From the NCBI GenBank assembly GCA_041395905.1, contig JAWKZP010000011.1:769-64768 (forward strand): DNA of 64,000 nt, written 5' to 3'. The notes below the pieces were generated by a model. The model was not told the DNA's origin, ran no database searches, and was given only the letters and a program-made list of their open reading frames with translations. The position numbers were made by a program, and so were the translations under genes. Below are positions 48,062-56,631 of the stretch, piece after piece (position 1 is the stretch's first letter; every line of letters begins with the position of its first letter). This stretch comes from Pseudomonadales bacterium. GTDB lineage: Bacteria > Pseudomonadota > Gammaproteobacteria > Pseudomonadales > Azotimanducaceae.

Positions 48062-48342
48062 TGGCGTCGGCTCTGCGGTGTCGTAGCTGGTGGGAAGCCA
48101 AGGCTGCCAGGTTCCGGTTTCCGCGCCCAGTGAAATCATGGCCGCAGCGTGGGGTGCGGCGTCGCGGGCCGCGGGTTATCCGCCGCTGACGCCCGCGCGG
48201 CGCACCGGGCTGGCGAGTTGCAGCCACGCGGCGCATCCCGCAAACGCGGGATTGTCGACCATTGCGCGGGCCCCTTAGTCTGGCCATTCGCCGGGGTCGC
48301 GGACCCGGGTGTTGAGCCAACAGGCACCGCGCGGGGAAACGC

Positions 48343-49575
48343 ATGAACCACAAGCTTCCATTGGCACGGCTGGCAGGCGCGGCGCTGACCGCGCTGAGTT
48401 CGCTTCCGGCACTGGCCGCAAACCCTGCCCTGCAGGATCTGTTCTTTGCCGCCTGTGCGAACCCCACCGGCGCCCTTGCGGCGCGCTGCGCGGAAACCAC
48501 CGATGCGCTCGGCGACCTCTCCGGCGACAGCGAGACGTCCCTGAATCCCAGCCAGACGCTATCCGCCAATCAGACTTCGCTGCGTTCGGCACTCGGCAAC
48601 GCAGAGGATGCTCGCGGCCGCTACGAAGGCATGCCCGCGGGCGAAGGCGTGCGCATCGAGATGGGCCGTTTCAGCCTGCTTGCCAGCTACGGACACACCT
48701 GGGAAGAACGTGACCGGGTTCAGGATGCCGACAACGAACGCGGTTTCGAGGCCGACACCGACTCGGGGGCGGTCGGATTCGACTACCGCCTTTCGGAGAC
48801 TTCGGTGCTCGGGCTCATGCTCAGCTACGAATCGATGTCTCTGGATTTCGACGGCAACAATCCGGGCGTGAACTTCACTCCCGCGTCCAGCGCCGGCAGC
48901 ATCGACTCCGACAACCTGGGCGTCACCGCTTTCGCGAGCATCGGCTTCGATGGCGGCGGATACCTGGATCTGAGCGCCGGCTATCGCAGCGGCGACACCC
49001 AGTACAAGCGGTTCAGCGTTTTCCAGGAATCAACGCGCACCCTGCCGCAGACCAACTCGGTCACCGAGGGCAAGGCGGATACCACCGAGCTCTGGGCCAG
49101 CGCCAACCTGGGCTGGCAGATCCCGCTCGAGGCCTGGAACATCGGCGTCTACGGTGGGTTCACCTGCAGCAGCAGCGAGGTGGATGCCTACCGCGAGCAG
49201 GACCGCTCCGGCACCGGCCTGGCCATGGCATTCGCGGGAGCCGACCAGGATTCGTTCATCGGCACTCTGGGCGTGCGCGCGCAGCGCGCTCTGAGCACCA
49301 GAAGTGGCGTGCTCCTGCCTTACGTACGCATCGACTACAGCCACGAGTTCAAGGACGACCCCCTGTCCCTGCGCACGCGCTACCTGCTCGACGCCGACGG
49401 CAACACGCTCCGCCTGGCGAGCGACAAGCCTGACACGGACTTTTTCATCGCCGCGCTGGGGCTCTCCGCCGTGCTGCCCAACGGCTGGATGCCGTTTATC
49501 GACCTGTCCTACTGGGGCGCCTATGAGGACCTGGATCGGGTCCGTCTCCAGGCAGGCCTGCGCAAGGAGCTGTAG
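48343..49575 (+). CDS. Autotransporter-type outer-membrane beta-barrel protein with a very short passenger
   Basis: Signal peptide ...SSLPALAA, a Cys pair, ETSLNPSQ, then a long alternating beta pattern as in autotransporter translocator domains. The C-terminus (…GLRKEL) is not the usual aromatic residue. Confidence 0.6.
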   Translation: MNHKLPLARLAGAALTALSSLPALAANPALQDLFFAACANPTGALAARCAETTDALGDLSGDSETSLNPSQTLSANQTSLRSALGNAEDARGRYEGMPAGEGVRIEMGRFSLLASYGHTWEERDRVQDADNERGFEADTDSGAVGFDYRLSETSVLGLMLSYESMSLDFDGNNPGVNFTPASSAGSIDSDNLGVTAFASIGFDGGGYLDLSAGYRSGDTQYKRFSVFQESTRTLPQTNSVTEGKADTTELWASANLGWQIPLEAWNIGVYGGFTCSSSEVDAYREQDRSGTGLAMAFAGADQDSFIGTLGVRAQRALSTRSGVLLPYVRIDYSHEFKDDPLSLRTRYLLDADGNTLRLASDKPDTDFFIAALGLSAVLPNGWMPFIDLSYWGAYEDLDRVRLQAGLRKEL

Positions 49576-49650
49576 CCCGGCCCGACGCCAACGGGGTCAG
49601 CCGCGCCCCGCCGATGCGCTTCCCAGGGACCAGCGCCGCCAGGCCGCGCG

Positions 49651-50117
49651 TCAGGGCGTGACCGGGTCGTCGTGACGGACCAGCCTGCTCTTGACTGCAG
49701 ATTCGATCCGGGCGCTGGCGGACCCCCGACCGATTCCGCCGCAGGAGGGCGCACCCCACGCGGGACGGGCCGCATGCAGCCACAACACCTGCCAGAGGCG
49801 CTCGCGGGCAACCAGCACGGGAGGCACAGGAACGTAGCCGGCGTGCCAACCCGGATTCCTGTCGAAGTCGAAACCGCGCAGCTTGTAGTAGAAGTCGAGC
49901 GCACCCTGGGCCATGGACTCGGTGAACGCGAACACAATGTCCTTGCCCCTGGCAGGATGACCGTCGGCGCCGCGCCGCCGACGCCGGGTACCTGGGAGGC
50001 GTAGGGATTTCGCACCGACGCGGCCGTGAATTTGCTGGGGACCTCTACCGCGTTGCCCGGATGAGCCCAGGACAATGGGAGCCAAAGCGCTGCGGCCTTC
50101 AAGGCCGCTCCACTCAT
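49651..50117 (-). pseudogene. Exported hypothetical protein interrupted by a 1-nt gap in a GGGG run (49946-49949); pseudogene or assembly error
   Basis: The N-terminal part (MSGAALKAAALWLPLSWAHPGNAVEV...AAPTVILPG) is in the frame of ORF 49521..50171. The high-GC3 C-terminal part (GKDIVFAFTESMAQGALDFYYKLRGFDFDRNPGWHAGY...) is in the frame of ORF 49651..50229. Adding one G joins them. Confidence 0.5.
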
Positions 50118-50287
50118 CCCGCTGCCCGCGGCAGCTCCAGGACGCCGAAGAACCAGAGCCCGTGATGCCATCCATTCCCCCTGTCATGGAACGCCGGGCG
50201 AAGTCTAGAAACAGTGCCCGCGGGGCCATATCCCCATTCGAGGGAGCCGGGTGGGGACGTCAGATCAGCCTCTGCCGGGCGGGCTGC

Positions 50288-52456
50288 TCACGAGCGAATG
50301 GGCTTGAGAAAGAACGTGCCCGCCTCGTGGCCCGCATGCCGGATAGGTGCAAACTCGGGCACCTGCTCGAAGCGCAGGTTGGACGCCTGGTAGGCCACCC
50401 GGGCCGCGACCTGCTCGTAGAGATCGCGTCCTTCCAGCAGATCGCGGTTGCCTTCGAGCACCTCGATGAGCGCGCGCGCGAACACCGAGTGCGCGCCGCC
50501 GCCCGCGTCGAGCACGGGGCTCAAGCCACCGGAGGTCATGGCCAGACGCGAGCGGCGCTGCAGCATAGTACGGACCCAGTTCTGCTCCTCTGCGGCCGTC
50601 ATGCCCGATCGCAGCTCCGTGAGCGCCGAGCGCGTCAGCGATCCCGAATAGCAGGAGTCCGCCAGCACCAGAATCTGCTTCGCGGACATGGCGTTGAGCA
50701 CGTCGGTCACGGCAACGTTGGAGACCCAGTTGGCGCTGCTGTCCGGCTCCGCGTCGACCGGCAGCCAGTGGCCGCGCATGTTGACCTGATCCAGCTCCCC
50801 GTGACCCGCGTAGTAGATCAGCAGGTTGTCCTGCGCGGTCAGCGTCTCGCGCAGGTGGTTCAGGGCCGAGAGGATCTGATAGCGATCCGCATTGATCAGG
50901 CGCGTCACCTGGAATCCGTAACGCGCCTCGAGCAGGCCGGCAATCGCCGTGGCGTCCGCCACTGCGGTCTCGAGCTTCGGAAGGTACAGGTACTCGTCGT
51001 TGCCGATCACCAGCGCGTGATAGCGCCCGAAGTCGAAGCCGGACCAGGACGGAGCATCACCGTCAGCTCGCATCACAGCCTGAGCTGCCTCCGCAGCGGT
51101 TTCGAAGCCCAGCGATACCATGGCCCGCTGACCCTGGGCGTCTACCGCCACGATGCTGACCGGCGTGATCGCGGCGGCGATCGGAAGCTCGGCGAGAAAC
51201 ACGCCTGAGGCGTTCACTTCTGCCGGCGCACCGTTGACCGTCAGGGACAGCAGGCCGGCAGGCGCGTCGACCCGACCGACGAGCCGCTGCGTGGGCAGCG
51301 ATGCCGGCACGTCGACCTTGACCAGCCCCCGCGCCTGCCCCCGGGTTGTCGGCAGCTGAGGATCGATGATCACGATGCTGGGCGCGGCCAGCACGGCGGC
51401 CGCAGCGGCCTGCGCTTGAACCGCGCGGGTCGCGCTCAGCTCCGCCGCGCGCGCCTCGAGCTCGCCGATCCGTAACGCCAGCGCGTCACTTGCCTGCAGC
51501 TGAGTCGCGAGCGCCTGTTCGCGCGCCGCCAGGTCGGCCCGGAGCTCGGCGATGGTGGCGGAGCTGTCCCCCAGCGACCTCTCCAGTGCGGCCACCCGGC
51601 TCGCGGCCTGCGCTTCGGCACGTGCACGTTGTTCCATCTGCGCGCGCACCTCCCGAGCGTTCTCCGAACTCGCAGCGAGCGCCCTTCCGGCAGCAGAGAA
51701 ACGGGTTTGCAGCGCCTTGATCGACGCTTCCCGCTCGGTAAGGCCCTGCCGCAGTTCCGAGATCTGCGACTCGAGCTGCGCCCGCTCGTCGGTGCGCTGG
51801 ATCTGCACCTCGGCCAGCGTCGCCTCGGCCCGGCGCAACGCCGTTTCGAGCTGCTCGTTTTCCGCCACCATGGCGCTGATCCGCTCGCTCAGGCGGGCAA
51901 CGTCGGACGCCAGATCCTGACCAGACGATCCGGGAGCGCTCACCACAGAGACCACCGCATCGTCGCTTCCGGTGGCGCGACGGAACCAGTACAGGGCCTG
52001 TTGCAGGTCCGGGAGTACACCGAGCCCGGCCTCGTACAGCGCGGCCAGCTTGAGCTGCGCGCGGACCGAGCCATCTTCAGCGGCGAGTCGATACCAATGC
52101 GCCGCCTGCTGGTAGTCGGGCACTGCGCCGAGACCCTGCTCGAAGATCGTCCCTACGTTGATCCGGGCTTCGTTGTCACCTTCCTGCGCTGCCGGCAGCC
52201 AGACGGACAGGGCGCTGTGATAGTCCGCTCGATCGTGACGTACGTACTCGCCTCCGCGCACGGCGCAGTCCCGGGCGCTGGTCTTGACGCCGCGGCGCAC
52301 GCTGACGTAGGTCATGCGGGTGCCGAGCTGCCGAACCTGACCCGGCAGCAGGCAGTCGACGATGTAAAGATCGTCCACGCCGGCCGGGCCGATTTCGGCC
52401 GCCGCGGCAACGGCCGGCCAGCCTATCCCCAACAACAGCCCTACGAACTTCCACAT
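50288..52456 (-). CDS. Exported Sel1-repeat / coiled-coil / caspase-like (peptidase C14) protein
   Basis: ATG 52456 with signal peptide MWKFVGLLLGIGWPAVAAAAE. Sel1-type repeats (AAHWYRLAAEDGSVRAQLKLAALYEAGLGV...ALYWFRRA), a heptad-rich Ala/Glu/Arg/Gln segment of about 190 aa, and a caspase fold with His in LIYYAGHGE and Cys in VLADSCYSG. Confidence 0.85.
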   Translation of the reverse strand: MWKFVGLLLGIGWPAVAAAAEIGPAGVDDLYIVDCLLPGQVRQLGTRMTYVSVRRGVKTSARDCAVRGGEYVRHDRADYHSALSVWLPAAQEGDNEARINVGTIFEQGLGAVPDYQQAAHWYRLAAEDGSVRAQLKLAALYEAGLGVLPDLQQALYWFRRATGSDDAVVSVVSAPGSSGQDLASDVARLSERISAMVAENEQLETALRRAEATLAEVQIQRTDERAQLESQISELRQGLTEREASIKALQTRFSAAGRALAASSENAREVRAQMEQRARAEAQAASRVAALERSLGDSSATIAELRADLAAREQALATQLQASDALALRIGELEARAAELSATRAVQAQAAAAAVLAAPSIVIIDPQLPTTRGQARGLVKVDVPASLPTQRLVGRVDAPAGLLSLTVNGAPAEVNASGVFLAELPIAAAITPVSIVAVDAQGQRAMVSLGFETAAEAAQAVMRADGDAPSWSGFDFGRYHALVIGNDEYLYLPKLETAVADATAIAGLLEARYGFQVTRLINADRYQILSALNHLRETLTAQDNLLIYYAGHGELDQVNMRGHWLPVDAEPDSSANWVSNVAVTDVLNAMSAKQILVLADSCYSGSLTRSALTELRSGMTAAEEQNWVRTMLQRRSRLAMTSGGLSPVLDAGGGAHSVFARALIEVLEGNRDLLEGRDLYEQVAARVAYQASNLRFEQVPEFAPIRHAGHEAGTFFLKPIRS

Positions 52457-52609
52457 GGCAGAACGTCCCAGCGAGGTGCCCATGATGCCGACAGCCGGGA
52501 ACGCCGCGTATCCCTCATCTGCGTGATTCCGTGCCGCGGGCGGCGCAACGCCCCGCATCCCTCAAACACGCGATGTCACCACTCGGGCCGCGCAACCATA
52601 CTTCCGGCC

Positions 52610-53026
52610 ATGAGCAGATCCAAGCCGTCGCAAGCGTGGTCCGCCAACCTCGCGGCATTCTTGCTGTTGCTGAGCGCCGGGCTGGCATGGGCGCTGGATG
52701 CCGACGAGCCGAGCATACGACCCGACGCAAAAACGCCGTACTTCCACCTCTGGTCGAATCGGAGCGTGGGCGATCATGGGGAGGTGGTGCTGGACGTGAG
52801 CGCTACGGGCGCCACGTGCGGCGTGCAGTGGCGCTACGACCACGCGGAGCTCGAAATTCTGCGCAACCGATTCGGCGACGCGCAGTTCGTCCGGCTTCCA
52901 GAACCTGGTTGCCTGAGTTGCGACCCCATCGTGCTGCGCTGGATGCACGAGCCGACCGGATACCTGGACGTGAACGTAAACGTGTTCCGGCGCGCCGTCG
53001 TCGTGCCCTGTGACGGAGGACCCTGA
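52610..53026 (+). CDS. Small secreted 4-Cys hypothetical protein
   Basis: Signal peptide ...LLLLSAGLAWA, high GC3, and a stop 1 nt before the next ATG (operon with the DUF4384 lipoprotein gene). Confidence 0.6.
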   Translation: MSRSKPSQAWSANLAAFLLLLSAGLAWALDADEPSIRPDAKTPYFHLWSNRSVGDHGEVVLDVSATGATCGVQWRYDHAELEILRNRFGDAQFVRLPEPGCLSCDPIVLRWMHEPTGYLDVNVNVFRRAVVVPCDGGP

Positions 53027-53027
53027 C

Positions 53028-54244
53028 ATGAGGAACGGACGCCCTGCCGGACGGAGGCTGCCCGCAAAGGCGGTCGTGGCTCTGGTCGCCACGCTCACCG
53101 CAGGCTGCGCTGCCGTGCCGCCATCCCTGTCGAACGCCGTGGTCGCCTTCGGCCGCGAGCTGATCGGCAACGCCTCGGTCAACTACGCCCCGGAGTACGC
53201 CCAATCGGTAAACCAGCTGCTGCTGACGGTGGCGGAGCTGGCCACCGGTGCGCCCTTTGCGCAGGGGGCGCCTACGGTCCAGACGGCTGCCAACGAGCAG
53301 ACCGGCGCGTACGGGCAGACTCAGACCTACGGGCAGACCCAGCCCTACGGGCAGCAGGACGCCTACGGGCAGAATGGCTCCTATGCGCAGACCGATCCCT
53401 ACGGGCAGACCGATCCCTACGGGCAGACGGGTACCTACGCACAGACGGATACCTACCGGCAAGCCAGTCCCTACGAGGGCACGCCTGGCTACGGCGCAAC
53501 CGGCACCTATGGTCAGACGCCCGGCTACGGGCATTCGGATGCAGACGGACCAGCGCGCCTGCTTATGGACAGACGCCTGGGTACGGGCAAACCACGGGTT
53601 ACGGGCAGACCGGCGGCTACCCCCAGTCCAATACCTACGGCTATCCCGCGGCAGCCACCGCGCCCACACTCGAGGCGACGCTGCTGGCGCAATCTCCCGG
53701 CAGCAACGGTCAGGTCAATCTCAGACCGCTGCAGGATGGCGAAATCCTCTACGATGGCGGCAGCGATCCGTCCGCCGGTGACAGGTTCAAGCTGAGCTTT
53801 CAGGCCAGCTGCGACTGCTACCTGTACGTGATCGGCATCGACGCCACCGGCTGGGTGACGCAGATCCATCCGGAGGCGGGACAGATGAGCACGCCGCTGG
53901 TCGCCAACCAGCCCTATCTGGTGCCCGGTGGCACCGAGTGGTGGGGGCTCGACAGCTACAAGGGTGTGGAGCACATCTACTTCGTACTCTCACGCACCCA
54001 GCGGACCGACATCGAGCAGGCTCTCCGCACGTTGCCCGTCGAACGCCCCGCTCCGGCGGGCAGCTATCAACCGGTAACCCAGCCGGCGCTTCTGGCGACC
54101 CGCGGCCTGGTCAAGGTGCAGGCTGCCGCGCCCACCAGCGTGCAGACGAACGGCGGCGCCACGCAGACCGTGACACCGGACACGTTCAGCAGCCAGCTGC
54201 AGACCGGCGATCTGGTGGTGACACGTTGGTTCCAGCACCAGTGA
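53028..54244 (+). pseudogene. Lipoprotein with a YGQT-type hexapeptide repeat region and a C-terminal DUF4384-like domain; the frame is broken at about 53531-53563
   Basis: Lipobox LTAGC. Frame 0 gives AYGQTQTYGQTQPYGQQDAYGQ.... The repeats continue in the -1 frame (AYGQTPGYGQTTGYGQTGGYPQSNTYGYP) and run into ...DRFKLSFQASCDCYLYVIGIDATGWVTQIHPEAG...EHIYFVLSRT...VVTRWFQHQ*. The track shows only 53010..53795 and 53828..54244 as separate ORFs. Confidence 0.65.
53301..53647 (+). repeat. Imperfect 18-bp coding tandem repeats (xxYGQT)n
   Basis: tacgggcagac(c/g) recurs every 18 nt, about 18 units counted across the frame break. Confidence 0.85.
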
Positions 54245-54722
54245 CGACCTGAAGTTCGCGCCCCCTCGACGCGGCAGTCGTCGCGGCGCGGCAAAGCCAG
54301 CCGGACTGAGGGCAACCTGCTTACAGTCGAGCTCGACCTCCGCCAGGGCGCTGCCGTTGCCGACCACCGGGTTGGGATTAAGGGTGCCAGGATTGGTAAG
54401 GTTGAGCGAAGCGACCACCACCTTCGGTTGGCTCACGCGCACGCGGCCGAGAGAACGTACCAGGGCACCTGTCACGAGGTGCTCGGCGGCCGCCGCTCTC
54501 CGCGCTCCGAGAAACATGAGCACGGCAGCGAGCATTGATCACGACTGCCCGTGCCGTGCCTGGAAGACCCACAGCCACTCTCTTGCAGGGTCGAGCATGA
54601 CAGCTTCCTATGCGCTGCGGCTCGACCGAGCCGGCCGAGCCGAGGCAGCGTGCTCTTCAGGACTCGAGCCGGGCATCCCGCGAACTGGTGACGAAGCCCG
54701 CGCCAGGCGCAATCGGACCAGG

Positions 54723-56630
54723 TCACGCCGGTGCGGTGCCTGACCCGGCAACAGGCACGCCGCCGGGCCCATCCGAGGGGTAAGGAAGCTCCAGCGTGAC
54801 CCTGGTTCCCATGTCGGAGCTCTGCAGATCCAGGTGCGCACCGAGGCGCTCTGCACGCGTGCGCATGTTGCGAAGCCCTCTGCCCCGGTGCTGACCATTC
54901 ATACCCCGACCGTCGTCCGCGACGACGAGGCGCGCCCGGTGCCGTTCCGGATCGTAGACCGCGCCGACCACTACCTGCGACGCGTGCGCGTGCTTGAGCA
55001 CGTTGGTCAGCGCCTCCTGGAGAATGCGCAGAATCTGCAGCACACGGTCGGGACCGAGATCCGGAAACTTCGGCAGCCGTTCGAACTGCCACAGGGTCTT
55101 GAGTCCGGCCGCTTCCATCGGGCGCTGCATGCGATCGCGCAGCATGCCCAGCACGCCGTTGAGATCATCGTCCACCGGATCCAGGGAATCGATCATGAGC
55201 CGCAGGTCCGTCAGCGCCCCGCTCAGGGTCGCATCCAGATCCGTGTCCTCGATGCCCTTGGCTTTGAGCAACGCCAGCGAGGACACGAGCTGCCCGCCTA
55301 CCCCATCGTGCATGTCCCGCATGAGCCGCTCCCGTTCGGCGGCCAGAGTCTGCTCGCGCTCCAACTCCTGCAGACGCGTGTAGTTTGCTTCCAGCTCCTG
55401 CGTCTTGGCCGCCACCCGGTTTTCCAGCGTCTGGGTGAGCTGCTCGCTGGCGCGCAGCGCGCCGACGAACCGCATCACCAGAACGATGCCCAGAACGCCT
55501 AGCAGCAGGGGAATCGCGTACTGAGTGAACTGACCGCTCGGGCGGTCCATGAAGCCGAGGATCAGAACCCAGTCACGCACGCCGACCACCATGACCACCA
55601 GCGACGCGGCACCTACCAGATAGGTCTCCAGCACGCGACCATTCCATATCCGGACCACCATACGCACGAAGTTGTAGCCGGCCAGCACGAGGGCAACGCT
55701 GACGAAAATCTGCGCGGCGCTGTAGAGCAGATCGGTTTCCAGCAGCGTCAGCGACGTCAGCACCAGCACCGCTACCGCCGCATGACCCAGCACGAAGCGC
55801 TGCATCTTCGGTAGCGACACACCAGTGAACCGGTGTAGAAAGATGATCACCGCCGTGCAGAAGCCGATGGCGGTCACGAACAGCAGCGCTGCCCACTGGA
55901 GGCTCGTCACCGGGATGTCAGACAGGTGATACTTCAGCGAGTGCGCGCTCCACATCAGCGTGGTCAGCGCCAGCCATCCATAGACCGTCTCGCTGCGCTT
56001 GAGCCACCAGATCAGCCCGAGAAACAGGCTCATGAACGCGGTAGCGATGGTGATGAACCGGGACAGGTGCACCTGCAGGAACTGGCGGCTTTCGAAGCTC
56101 GGCAGCAGCAGCTCGCTCGGCCCCAGGAACACGGGCGCAAGAAATCCGTGGCCCGAAGGGTAGCTGAGCACGCGCACGTGGAGGACGTTGCCACCGGAAC
56201 GTATCAGACCATTGGGAATGGAAAACATGAGCGGTCTGTTCCAGTCCTGAGGCAGGGGTTCCTCCAGACGCACGCTCGACCCGACGAGCTCGCCATTGAA
56301 GAACACGGCGCCGGCCAGGTTGATACCCGGCACCAGCACGGCCCACAACCGGTTCGGCGGAACGTTGAGATCGATGCGCGCCCGATACCAGACTTCGGTG
56401 CCCTGCAATCCCCGATGCAGCCAGTCATCGGGAAGCTTCACGGGCTGCCAGCCGTCGACCGGCAACCGGGCCGGATCCGGCGCAGTCGCGACGAGACGCT
56501 CCGCCGAATCGAGGCGCAGCGCGTCGGCGGCCCCGGGCAAGCGGTAGAACCCGTCGAGCGTCATCCACAATGCCGTCGCGATCCCCAGCGCTCCGACCCA
56601 GAAAGCGATCGGAAACCAGGCGCGCTCCAT
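54723..56630 (-). CDS. Sensor histidine kinase, 7TMR-DISM type with a HisKA_3 (NarX-like) transmitter
   Basis: An extracytoplasmic beta-rich domain, then about 7 TM helices, a coiled coil, the H-box LMRDMHDGVGGQL, and an ATPase domain (...DDGRGM...GRGLRNMRTRAE). Confidence 0.88.
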   Translation of the reverse strand: MERAWFPIAFWVGALGIATALWMTLDGFYRLPGAADALRLDSAERLVATAPDPARLPVDGWQPVKLPDDWLHRGLQGTEVWYRARIDLNVPPNRLWAVLVPGINLAGAVFFNGELVGSSVRLEEPLPQDWNRPLMFSIPNGLIRSGGNVLHVRVLSYPSGHGFLAPVFLGPSELLLPSFESRQFLQVHLSRFITIATAFMSLFLGLIWWLKRSETVYGWLALTTLMWSAHSLKYHLSDIPVTSLQWAALLFVTAIGFCTAVIIFLHRFTGVSLPKMQRFVLGHAAVAVLVLTSLTLLETDLLYSAAQIFVSVALVLAGYNFVRMVVRIWNGRVLETYLVGAASLVVMVVGVRDWVLILGFMDRPSGQFTQYAIPLLLGVLGIVLVMRFVGALRASEQLTQTLENRVAAKTQELEANYTRLQELEREQTLAAERERLMRDMHDGVGGQLVSSLALLKAKGIEDTDLDATLSGALTDLRLMIDSLDPVDDDLNGVLGMLRDRMQRPMEAAGLKTLWQFERLPKFPDLGPDRVLQILRILQEALTNVLKHAHASQVVVGAVYDPERHRARLVVADDGRGMNGQHRGRGLRNMRTRAERLGAHLDLQSSDMGTRVTLELPYPSDGPGGVPVAGSGTAPA

Positions 56631-56631
56631 C

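Noticed and set aside
53531-53563. Programmed -1 ribosomal frameshift joining the repeat region to the DUF4384 domain.
   Set aside because: There is no X XXY YYZ slippery heptamer or obvious downstream pseudoknot or hairpin at the junction. An indel (real or artefactual) is the simpler explanation.
52803-53781. ORFs with striking peptide repeats: LPVGIGLPVG... on the minus strand (52803..53669) and PTGRxxPTG... in the +1 frame (53248..53781).
   Set aside because: They are alternative-frame or antisense readings of the same 18-bp DNA repeats. Only the YGQT frame is preceded by a lipobox and start and followed by a recognisable domain.
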